A DNA stretch of 64,000 nucleotides from assembly GCA_038087875.1 (NCBI GenBank), contig JAXLNO010005297.1:248001-312000 (forward strand), written 5' to 3'. The stretch is from Malacoraja senta (lineage: Eukaryota). A model generated the notes under the pieces. The model was not told the DNA's origin. It did no database searches and saw nothing but the letters and a program-made list of their open reading frames with translations. The position numbers were made by a program, and so were the translations under genes. Position 1 is the stretch's first letter. The number at the start of each line of letters is the position of its first letter. Below, piece after piece: positions 38,295-49,906 of the stretch.

Positions 38295-38295
38295 T

Positions 38296-38825
38296 AATAT
38301 TCCAAAGGCCAAACCAGCGCATTATGGAATGTGAGCATTTCATCCCTGTTTTTGTATACAACCCTCTTGAAATAAATGCAAGCATTGAATTTGCTTTCTT
38401 TACAACTGATTCTACTTGCAGATTAATATTTTGGGAATCCGCCCCCAGCACTCACAAGTCCCTGAGCACATCCGATTTCTGGATTCTCTCCCCATTTAGA
38501 AAATAGTCTATGCCTTTATACCTACTACCAAAATGCATGAGTCCACACTCTGCTACTCTATATTCCATCTGCCACTTGTATGCCCACTCAACCAACCTTG
38601 CCAAATCCTTCTGCAGGGTCCCTGCTTTCTGTAACATGCCTGCTCCTCCACCTATTTTCGTGGTATCCGCAAACATGGCTACAAAGTCTTCAACCCCCTT
38701 GTCCAAAATCATTCATATATAACGTGAAGGGTAGCGGCTGCATCGCCGACATCTGCAGAACTCTGCTAGTCACTGGCAGCCAATAGGAAAATCGGTCTTT
38801 ATTGCCATTCTTTGCCTTCTGCCAC
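38296..38825 (-). mobile_element. CR1 RT fragment
   Basis: MFADTTKIGG...LQKDLARLVEWAYKWQM; VKKANSMLAFISRG. Confidence 0.85.
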
Positions 38826-38829
38826 GCAA

Positions 38830-41460
38830 AGAGGACTACTCAGAGTTTAAAAAAACACTTGTTATGTATTGGCTGGATGATATTTTGATGCTGTATTTTG
38901 CTAACATCCACTGTTTCAGTCTCAAACTATATTTGAGAAATTGGGCTCCTCTAGCCAGTTAAAATGAAGTTGTTATCAAATGGACTAGTTGGTCATTGGG
39001 GTTTGCCTTTGGCTATTAGTTGGCCTGTGACTACGCCCTGGGCAACAGATTGGAGAGAATAGAAACCTGGAACAGCGTTGTGGTTATAAAGCAGCTTTCT
39101 ATTCATTAGATTAATTGGCAATGTAATAGATGTGATGCAGCTGTGCAAGTGGGAGAATTGACAGCATGCTTAATGGCAAATTATAAAGGGCCATGAAGGT
39201 CATTGATAACACACCTTTGCTATTACCAGCTGAAGCTACTAAAGTCACTATGATGGACAAACAGTATTCAGCATTGCTCCAGTAGTTGATCAATAAATAT
39301 GTCATTATATTGCAAAATGATGCTAATGGCCTAAGGTGGGAACTTGCGAATGTCATATCTTGTTGGAGGGGAAGGAGATTTGCATAAGTTATTAATTCTT
39401 CAGTTATTGCTATCAACTATCTATAGACCCTACGTGCATTGTATGGGTTAAAGAGTGATTGAGCGAATATGCATATCTGCATACTCATCTTCATGTTGAA
39501 ACACTATGATGCTGGCATACGATAGTCACATGGGTGCAATCAAGTAAAATAATCCTGTAATAGGTACATAATCTCATTTGCCACTGGAGTATGATAAAGT
39601 ACAGATCAATGACAACACAGAATGGGTGTTGGACCACACCGTATTTATGAAATTCTGATTCAATGCAACACAGGATATAGATATGTTGTTTTCATGCTAA
39701 TTCACAGGTTGCAAAAATGTGTGGCATAACAGTGGCGACAGATACATTCTCGCTACAAGCAGGAGGAATGATCTTTTATGTCTTCTTCCAATTTGCTTCA
39801 TCAGTCGGGGCTTCAAATAAAGTCATCAAGAGCCCGCTTTAGGTTCCAGCTGTGCGATTGGTCTATGCAGTTTGATTCCCGATTTGTCGGGAATAATAAT
39901 AATGCAACCTTATATGGTTATTTTAAACGAAACTTGCGGTTCAGCCTGTGGCTCGGGAAATCAGCCGTTGCATGATAAAATCAATTTATGTTCTACAGAT
40001 TCTCAATAGACTCTACGGCTTGGGCTGTCACCCCTATTCTTGTATGCATTCAGAGTGCTGGAATAATACCAAAAGGCAGTATTTTGCTTCTTCAGGAGAT
40101 GGGAAGCGTTTATTTAATGCGCATGTTACATTTAAAATGGTACAGATTTCGGAGCTCTTGGAGTTCATTTATAATGGTCTTTGACAATATTCAGTTATAG
40201 GGTCATTAACGGTGCCAAGGTGCTTTCCATCCGATTTGCTGCAACAAACGAGATCCACTTTGTTGAGTTCACCCCGGATATCGAGTTAGTAAAGGATATC
40301 CTTGACACAAATTTTCCCAGGACAAGTACAATGCAGTATGGGTGGTTGACATTGTGTTAACACTATTTTCACCAGGGGGTTTCTAGCTACATTCTTAGCT
40401 TTGGCGGATCTCATTAGGTAGTTATCCTCCTGGCGCTGGTTTAGCGCAACAGGTCAGTCGCTACATAATTGCGATGGGACAGGATGATTACATCTGTAAA
40501 TAATATGTATAGTATTTTATGTTTATAATTTACTTAAGCAGAGCAGAAGGGGTGTCAGGTCTCAAAATAGGTCGGCATATCCAGGGACCGTTAGTTATGT
40601 GAGGGCTCACATATACAACAATACGTCAAGGTCACGAAGAGCCTTCGAGGCTCCTAGCTAGCTATGATTGTTAGTTACAAAAAACGTTATAAGAACGTAT
40701 CAGTTCAGACCATTTCCAGGTGATAAAACGGAGTTGAGTTATGCAGGAGTAGATATTGATTCCAGATCTCTCTCTACCAGGGCTGCTACAACAGCAGCAG
40801 CAACGGTTAATTATGTCTCGCCGGACCACATCCTAACGGCTCAAAAGTGGTCAAAAGAACGAATTTCCAAACATTTTATAATAATCCGTTGCCAGACCAG
40901 GGTTATTATTCTGAGATTGGGATTTCTCAATATCATTTTACGTTCTGTTTATAGGTTCCATCCGGATGAGAGATGGGACTATTATGATTACTTCATTTAA
41001 CAGCATCAGCATGTTTTAAATCTATGTCATGACTGTATGCATTATGAATGTTTTACCTCATTTGTCAATGAAGCAGTTGTGGTTGTGTAGACTTGTTTCT
41101 CGCGGCATGAAATCACAGAGCTTTGAAATCTTCACGTAGTCACTCACGTGACTCCGAAGTAAAATAGTAAGATTAAACGAGAACTTACCAGTTTGAAGTT
41201 TGATCTTTATTTGATGAGGAGTTACGATGAGGGACTACGTGCCCTCCGCTCCCAACCCTCATGAATATCGTTTGGTAGTTCTAGTCTTCTCTCGTCTTAC
41301 TATTATACTTCAGTCACTATTATCTGTGATTTCACACCGCTGCTTTGAAGATTGACGCACGTGCGGCTCTACGGGATTCTTCACGTAGTCCCTCATCGTA
41401 CCTCCTCATAAAATAAAGATCAAACTTCAAACTGGTAAGTTCTCGTTTAATCTTACTATT
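38830..41460 (+). mobile_element. Heavily decayed DIRS1-type tyrosine-recombinase retrotransposon with 3' ICR/inverted repeat
   Basis: RT-like WLDDIL (~38870), RNase H-like NDANGLRW (~39320), YR-like VQTISR...AGVD, STRAATTAAA, KWS..F..FY (~40690-40880); 79-bp inverted repeat 41163-41241/41382-41460. Confidence 0.65.
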
Positions 41461-42845
41461 ATTGTCGGTCCTACTATTTACTTCCTCGAAGAATTCCAGC
41501 AAATTTGTCAAGCAAGACCTCCCCTTCACAAAGCCATGTTGGCTTCAGCCTATTTTATCGTGAATCTCTCAGTACTCCGTGACCTCATCCTTTATAATGG
41601 ACTCATAACATCATACCAGCCACCGTAGTCAGACTAACCGGCCTATAGTTCCCACTATTCTGCTTTGCTCCCTTCTTGTGCAGCGGGGTAATATTGGCAA
41701 TTTTACAATCGTCTGGCACCAATCCTAACTCTAGTGATTCGTGAAATATCACTATCAATGCCTCCACAATCTGTAAACCTACCTCTTTCAGAACCCTGGG
41801 GTGCAGTCCATCCGGTCCAAGTGACTTATCCACCTTCAGTCCATTCAGCTTCCCACGCACCTTCTCCCTGGTAATAGCCACTACAGTAACTTCTACCCCC
41901 TGACTCTCTTAACTTTCAGGTATGTTGCTGGTGTCTTACACTCTTAGGACTGATGCACCAAAGGTATTCAACTCATTTGCCATTTCTTTATTCTCTATTA
42001 TCACTTCTCCTGCATCATTCTCCAGCGGTCCAACGTCCACTCTTGCCTCTTTCTTGCTCTTCGTATAGCTGAACAAACTCTTGCTGTCTTCTTTTTATAT
42101 TATTGGCTATTCCCTTCGTATTTAATATTTTCTCCACTTATTGCCTTTTTTATTTACCTTCTGTCGCTATTTAAAAGCTTCCCTATCTTCTGGCTTCCCA
42201 TGAATCCTTGCTATGTTATTGGCCTTCTCTTTTAGTCTTATTCTGTCCTTGACTTCCCTTGTAAGCCACGGTCGCCTCTTTCTCCACCTAGAATCTTCCT
42301 CGTTTGAATGAAAAGATTCTGCATCTTCCTGCCATTGCTGTTCCACCATCATTCCTTCCAGTTCACTTTGGCCAGCTCAACCCTCGTGCCTCTCTAGTCT
42401 GCTTTGCTCAGCTATAATACCGACACACTCGATTTCATCTTCTGGCTGTCAAATCGCAGGTTAAATCTTATCATACTGTGGTCGCTACCTCCGACTGGTT
42501 CCTTTACCCTAAGTTCCCTAATGAAATCCAGTTCATTACACAACACTAAATCCAAAACTGCATTTTCCCTGGTAGACTCCACTACAAGCTGCTCTAAGAA
42601 TCCATCGCGGAGGCACTCTATAAATTCACTTTCTTGGGGTTCAGTACAAACCCGATATTCCCAGTTTACCTGCATATTGTCAACCCCTCGCTAAAGACAG
42701 AAATTCCATTCTTCCAAGCAGAGCTACCCCCCCCCCCTCTGCCCACCTGTCTGTCTTTCCGGTAGAAAGTATAACTTTGAATATTCAGCTCTCAGATCTG
42801 TTCCTCATGCAGCCACGTCTCGGTAATTCCCATCACATCATACCT
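41461..42845 (-). mobile_element. Degenerate CR1 ORF2 (endonuclease to RT N-terminus)
   Basis: LDLVLCNE...GGSDHSMI; DKSLGPDGLHPRVLKE; NYRPVSLT; GRSCLTNLLEFFE. Confidence 0.9.
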
Positions 42846-45169
42846 TCATTAAGATGGGGGGGGGGGATTTAATAGGAATCTGTTGCGTAACCTTTTCACA
42901 GAAAGGGCAGTGGGCATATGAAACAATCAGCCGCATGGGTAGTTGAGTCAGGGACTATACCAACGTGTAACAACATTTAACACCAGGGGGCGCCGCACGA
43001 TGGCAGCCTCGTCAACAGTCTGTCTGTTTTTTCGTCTGTTTTTTGTTTGCAGTGTGTTTTTAAGATATGATTCAATGTTCTTTGGTTTGTTTTATGTGGG
43101 GGTGGGTGAGGTTGTCGGGGGAAACCCTGTTCAATCTCTTACCTTGCCAGAGATGCGATAAGTTTCCGGATAGACCTCCGGTCGCTCCGCGGTATAACAT
43201 CATGGTGATGGCGGCCTTGCTCGTTACTAACTTTGAGCCCCACCGCGACGACGTGGCTTACCATCGGAGCAGATCCTTGCCTGGGATCGACGCTCCAACC
43301 GCGGCCTGCAGATTTCACCATCGAGGAGCTCGCAGTTTCGGGTAGAGACCGATGTCGGGAAGCTCCAAACGACGCAGAAGGTTTCGACCCAACCCGCCCC
43401 GGGGTCAGATCGCCCAGAGCGGAGGAGCTGAGATTCCCCCTTATGCAGGAGCTTGATCGCCCCGACGCGGAGGGCGCAAACGTAGGCGGTATTCCCCGTA
43501 TGTTGCAAAACATATTTGGATAATAAAGAATTATTGTGATTATTATTATTATCGTGTAAGAAACAGTTAGGCATGTACATGGATAGGAGAGGTTTGGGGA
43601 GATGCGGTCCAAACGCGAGCAGATGGGACGAGTGGTGCTGGAAAATGATGGCCGTTAAGGAAAAGATTGGCCAAACGGCCTATTTCCACGCTGTATCACT
43701 CTACGACTTTATGACTCGCTGACATATTTGAAACATCAGGTGGAATCGGGGTCTCCGCAAACATGAGAGCTTGGAGGGAGTTGTACCAGGGTGCTGCAAA
43801 AGATGGTTTCTGCTGTCTGCGGGGATAGTGCTCGTGCTCTTTAAACTGGAGGGAAATGAGTGTGGGCTATGTTTGAGGTTCACAAAACGACGAGTACTGT
43901 TGTGAGACTGGGCACTTGAGAAACATATCGCTTTAGCACAGGTGTCCATAATCGGAGTTCAGACGCTACAGGTGATGGTTATGTGGGCATTTAAGTAACG
44001 ATTACGCCACCCACTCTGAGCTTCAGTTATACAACGCATTGCCCGATTTGCTAATGGATCTCGGCACTCACAACGCTTTGAAAAACAATATCTAGATGAC
44101 CACATGAAACGCAATGACAATTAAATCCGAGTGATGGAAAAATGGAGGTGCAGATTGCTACATGATGGATCGCATTGACACATTGGGCAGAATGCCCTGC
44201 TTTTGCATTTCATGTACGTGTAACCCTGACACCGGTTAGCTCAGGAGAATATCTGCAAACCAATCTGCAATCTTTGTTAACCAGAGACATAGGCAGGACC
44301 TACACAGGGGTTAATAAACAATACGATGTATTCAAACATAAGAACCCGAGGCGCAACACATTTATTCAGACGGTGGTGGGACGAGCTGCCGGAGGTACAG
44401 TCCATGAAGCTTCCATTCGACGTAGTTGTTCCATCTCCCTCCAATCCTTTCCTCTCCGTGTACTTGTCCTGGTGTTTGTAATTGCAGAGGCGGACCACTG
44501 GGTGGTAGTTTCCCCCACACATTAGGACCTCCTGTAATTACAGGGGCGGGCCACTGGGTGTGAGTGTCGGACGTACATTGTGGTTGCTCAAATAGTGATG
44601 CACCAATAACGATCAATCTTTGCTACTCTGTTTCACTCAGATCTCTCCCTGGTAATTTAAAACGGAGATCGACAGATTCCGGATTTGAGAGGGTGTCATA
44701 GTTAACGGAGCGAATGCAGGAGAATCCGGTTGAGCGAAGTAGATTCGATGGACCGAACGGCATAATTCAGCTTCTTTGACATGAATTTATGAAGCCTTTC
44801 CTATCCATTTATCTGTCCGAATGCCTTGTAAATTTAGTTTACGTTTGTTTAACTTTTAATAACGAGGGAAGAGGAAGTAGGAGAATAGCGTTGAGAGGGA
44901 AAGATAGGTCAGCCAATATTGAATGGTGGAGTAGTCGATGGGCTGAATGGCTTAATTCTGCTCCTTTGACTTGTGAGTATGTGCTTAAACCTCTTATCCT
45001 AATAGCGGCTTCGGCAGTGCAGGAGATGTGCGGCGGTGGTGGTGGGGAGGAAACGCTGGGCGGCGCTGTCCGCGCGGAGGGCGAAGGCGAGCGAAAGGTC
45101 CCTTCCTCTCCAGGAGCCGGGGAAGAGGGGACGCCCTTCCCCAAAAAAACTAAATTAAACTGCTCTGTA

Positions 45170-45354
45170 TTGAACTAAACTAAACTAAACTAAACTGTTC
45201 TGAACTAAACTAAACGAAACTATACTAGACCGATCTCAACTCAACCGAATTCAACTCAACTTAAGTCAACACAACCCAACTCAACCCAAACCAACCCAAC
45301 CCAACCCAACCCAACCCAACCCAACTCCACCCAAACCAACTAAACCCAACTGAA
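45170..45354. repeat. Compound pentanucleotide microsatellite (TAAAC)n/(CCAAC)n
   Basis: Directly visible; abuts the gene D stop codon. Confidence 0.9.
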
Positions 45355-46255
45355 TTAAACACACTTAGCAACCTGACGGAACGGGAACATTAACATTGTC
45401 TTCAGCTGATCTCTGAATTTACTCTGGGTCACTGTATAAATAAATGTGTTGGTGCAAGAACTAAGCAGCATAAGCATATTTCCCGCTTCTTCAAGAATAA
45501 ACACCGGATCATTGTATCCGGAGTAAGTATAAGTTCTAGTGATCCGAAAGTACAAATAATGCACTATGTTCGTCAGCCAGAGCAAGATGAAGTTGCCGGA
45601 AATGCTGAATAGTAAAATGATCGACTTCCTGCGGTTCTCCATCTCGGTGTCAGGACCTTTGCCGGGGAGCGCGTCATCCCGCAATGATTTGCGGATTCTG
45701 CCGGCGACGATGATGCGTTTTGCTGTCAGGAAATTCAGGAACAATATAACCGCGAACGGTAGCAGGGGTGTGTTGACGCGATTAAAATGTATGAGTAAGT
45801 TCGCCACCACGGCGAGGTATAAAAGCTTGGAATTATCCGACAATACTGGGGGAGGTTGTCCTCGATGTAAAGGGGTTCGTAAATGAAAAACCAGCCGAAA
45901 TTCTTTAAACAGCTCAAAGCTACAACCGTGGCGACGACGGCCACTGCCGTTTCTTTGGTACAGTACTTGCGTTTACAGTTGCGACAACAAATGGCCACGT
46001 ACCGATCGAAGGTGAAGACCATGGTGAGCCAGACGGAGGCGTCGGTGCAGACATAAAGGAGATAATTCTTGATGCGGCAGACCCAGGTGAGCGACATGTA
46101 ACTGTGGGGAAAGTAAATTCCGACGATGCATTGTAGAATTACACCGATGATGACCACTGTCAGATCCGTCGCAGCCATGGCAACCAGGTAGAGAGTGATA
46201 CACCTGGATAGACCGCACCTCCCCTGCTACAGGACCACTATGGCTACAATGTTAA
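45355..46255 (-). pseudogene. Gene D: GPR139-like GPCR pseudogene, exon 2 (same subfamily as gene B)
   Basis: Acceptor cccaacag|TT at 46256/46255; in-frame TAG at 46227-46229 (VL*QGRCGLS vs ILSRGKCGLS); frameshift near 45790-45800 joins ORFs 45735-46178 and 45355-45843; FTFDRYVAICC, DTEMENRRKS, TNTFIY. Exon 1 not found. Confidence 0.88.
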
Positions 46256-46355
46256 CTGTTGGGAAATGTACAATCGTTGACCATTGTTAGAATGAGATTG
46301 CGCGCATACAGGAGGAAAAGCACCTCAGAACCCGCTGAGTCTATTTCATGTGTAG

Positions 46356-47121
46356 AAACTGCAGATGCTGGTTTACATCGAAGATGGACACAAAGCGCTG
46401 GAGTAGCTAAACCGGACGGGCAGCATCACAGGAGAAAAAAGTGATGGATCGGGACTCTTCTTCAGACTGAACGTAGAGGGGAGGGAACTGGAGGGAGGAA
46501 AAGGCCAGAATAAAGCAGTGCCTGTCAGAAATAACCAAGGAAGGTTAGAGTACATAATGGTCCATTGTTGGCTGGGAAGAGGTGATAACTAAGGGATACA
46601 GTAATGCGAACAGTGGAAATGGTAGGACAACTAGGGTGCGTGCGGGGGTTCGCGGGAATGCGGCGGTAACTTGAAATTAGAGAAATCATGGTGCATGAAA
46701 GTGCAATTTTCCAATACTAAGTAACCACTAACACCTTCCACACAAATAACATTGCTCCAAAAATGACCATATAACAAGCTATCAACACAGATGTATTTGA
46801 GAGAACATAGAACTAATCGACCTACCAGTCCCACTGTTCACATCCTCGTATCCCTCTCATTAGCACATCTTCCCCAACCAACAATGGGCCATTGTGGGCT
46901 CCCCCTTCCTGGAGTCATCTGCTGCCCGCCCTAATGTCTTCTGGCCTTTTCTCGCCTCCGGTTCGCCACCTCCCCACACATCACCACACATCTCTAGCAT
47001 TCAGTCTGAAGAAGGGTTGCGACCTGAAATGTCAACAATTCCTTTTCTCGATAGATGCTGCCTGAACCGCTGAGTTACTCCAGCATTTCATCTTCGGTGT
47101 AAACCGATATCTGCAGTTCCT
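46356..47121. mobile_element. Inverted pair of Penelope pseudo-LTRs; hammerhead motif at 47006-47033 (+)
   Basis: 46356-46635 is the diverged reverse complement of 46810-47121; ctgaagaagggttgcgacctgaaatgtc. Confidence 0.65.
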
Positions 47122-47879
47122 TTCGCACGCAAACCTCTCAAATTTAAATAACAACATAAGCCTGAGTACATAAATTGTGTCGATGCACAATTCCTTGCCA
47201 CCGAATATAAAACCCTTACATTCCGAGCATCTGAGTAACAACTTTCTCTCCGTTGAGGAAACACAATTTCTTTGTCCTGACTTTCTACCTCCCTTCCAGG
47301 AATTCAACCAAGCATTTCGACCCACATGTCCGTGTTGAACATGATTGCAAATGAAAACAATCTCCCGTGATCCATATCCCTCCATTCCCTATAGAACATA
47401 GAACAGTGCAGAACAAATACAGGCCCTTCGGCCCAAAGTGGCTGCGCTCAACACGATGTCAAGACCAACACCTCGAACTGCACATAACCCATATCTCTTC
47501 ATACCATGCATATTCATGTACTTATCCTAAAGACTTTTAAACATCACTATCGTAGCTGCCTCCACCACCACCCGCGGCAGCGCGTTCCAGGCACCCACCA
47601 CCCTCTGTGTAAAAAATAACGCCCCCCACATCTCCTCTAAACATTGCCCCACTCAACTGAAATCTGTGCCTTCTATTCCTTGACATTTCCACGTTTGGAA
47701 CAATGGATCTGAAATCACGGCTCTCATAACTTCACATATATCCATCAGGACTCCCGTCAGTTTCCTCCGCTTTCTGGAAACAATCGAGGTTTGTTCAACC
47801 TCTCCTTGTAAATAATATTCACTAATCCAAACAGTAATGTGGTAAAAGCCTTATTCGTCTCATCGCAACCTCACCCATT

Positions 47880-48140
47880 CCATCGGGAGCCCCAGTTCGC
47901 CTCGACGTTGCAGTTGGACTGCTGGACCGCGGGACAAGAACAAAGGGAAGAGATAAGACTTTTGCCTTCCATCACAGTGAGGAGGTGTTGGAAATTGACT
48001 GTGATGGTTGTTTGTGTAAACCGTGTTAAGTATGGGTCTTGTTTTTTTGTGTGATGTAATACTGTAAAAAATGCAATTCCGTTCAAACCAAGCTGTTTGA
48101 ATGACAATAAAAGGCATTCTATTATATTCTATTCTATTCT
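47880..48140 (+). mobile_element. GC-rich retroposon 3' fragment with (TATTC)n tail
   Basis: Near-identical to 36470-36705. Confidence 0.55.
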
Positions 48141-48877
48141 CCGGAGATGCTGCCTGTCCCGCTGAGTAACTCCAGCTTGTTGTGTCTGTCTTACGTTACG
48201 TGGGACACCGAGCGCGGCTAGCACCGGACGGTAGACACCCTGCACCCCCGCCCCCCCACCCGTTCCCCCGTCCCAACAAATCCTACGCGTCCTTTTCAGT
48301 AATAGGGTGCCCAGAACCACGAGAGAGATGACTGCAACACGTTACTCCAGGTTTGCAGACGGCGTGATAGGTTACTTGGGACCCCGATCGCGGCCAGCAC
48401 AGGGTAGTAGATCGCGTACATAGCGCCGCTCGGTGGTTCGTGCATGGTCCCCCGGAGAAGCCAAGATCACCGTTGTTTTGCCGCGTAAACGGTGGAAGAT
48501 TCATTATATCCGTCAAGGACCCCCCCCCTCCACCACACTGGGGAGAATGTGAGGGAGCCCAATTAGCGGCGCCAATCGCTAATTAACATTGCATTAACAT
48601 GCCGAGCGAGAGTAATTTGTACATTAGTACAGTAATTACATTAATATGCCAGACGTCATGAATAACAGTCAACACAACAAGAAATAATATGTATGTTGTT
48701 AAACTTCATGTCAAGAGACAATAGACAATAAGTGCAGAGTAGGACATTCGGCCAATCAGCCCTTCGGGCCCGCACCGCCATTCACTGTGATCACGGCTGA
48801 TCATCCACAATCAGTACCCCGTCGCTGCCTTTTCCCCATATCCCGTGACTCAGCTATCTTTAAAAGCTCTATCGTAA

Positions 48878-49880
48878 TGGGGCTGTTCCACTTTAGACGA
48901 GTTTCTCCTCGACTAAAACTCGATGCATGATCGACACGAGTTCTTCGGAGGTCCTATGAGATAACCGGAACTCTCCTCCATGGTCGAGAGAACTTCCCGA
49001 ATACTCGTGGCCTCAACTAGGTCGCAGAAAAAATGTCAGCATGTTAAAACATTGTCCGCGAGTAAAATTTGGTCGGCATGGTTCATTTTGACTCGTAGTG
49101 CATTGGAGTGGGGTCACTATTCGCGAGTTAAGAAAAGTGCATTCGACCTTCAAGCTCGAGGCCTCTCGCCAGGAAAACCTGGAGCTGGATCGACCGTCTG
49201 CGTTGAAACCGCGANNNNNNNNNNNNNNNNNNNNNNNNNNNNNNNNNNNNNNNNNNNNNNNNNNNNNNNNNNNNNNNNNNNNNNNNNNNNNNNNNNNNNN
49301 NNNNNNNNNNNNNNNNNNNNNNNNNNNNNNNNNNNNNNNNNNNNNNNNNNNNNNNNNNNNNNNNNNNNNNNNNNNNNNNNNNNNNNNNNNNNNNNNNNNN
49401 NNNNNNNNNNNNNNNTGAAATTCACACCAGCGATGAAGAGGAAGGTAAAATGCTGCCACAGTGTACGGTAGGTCCTTTAGAGAGCGCAGAGGGGGGGAGA
49501 GAAGGGGAGGGAGGGGGAGAGAAGGGGAGGGGAGGGGAGAGAAGGGGAGACAATGGGAGAGAAGGGGGGAGAAGGGTGGGAGAAGGAATTGAGACACTTT
49601 TAAGAAGTATAATAAAGTTTAGCGGGCATTTTACCTAACGCTCGGTTTTCCCTGGACCTAAAAATTCCAATGAGCCAATCAAAATGCCCGGTCAGCGAAG
49701 GAGATTGCCTACTGCCCTCGACTGCCTGTAACGCCTGTCCAACGCCCGCGGCGACGTAATTCGCGGGTTTAGAACAGTTTGACCTCGAGTCATACTCGCA
49801 GCATGGTCGACACGAGGTCCTAGGAGATCTTTGTAACTCTCCTTCATGCTCGAGAGTAGTCCCCGCGTACTCGAGGACAG
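48878..49880. mobile_element. Probable non-autonomous PIF/Harbinger-like fragment with internal direct repeat (N-gap 49215-49415)
   Basis: Begins ggggctgttccactt shortly after taa; 48925-49015 repeats at 49795-49878. Second TIR not found. Confidence 0.3.
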
Positions 49881-49906
49881 TTTCTATTCTACTCAGCGAA
49901 TCGTTA

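Noticed and set aside
48555-48665. Cluster of TAAT/ATTA homeodomain-like motifs as an enhancer
   Set aside because: Cannot be distinguished from AT-rich transposon sequence without conservation or chromatin data.
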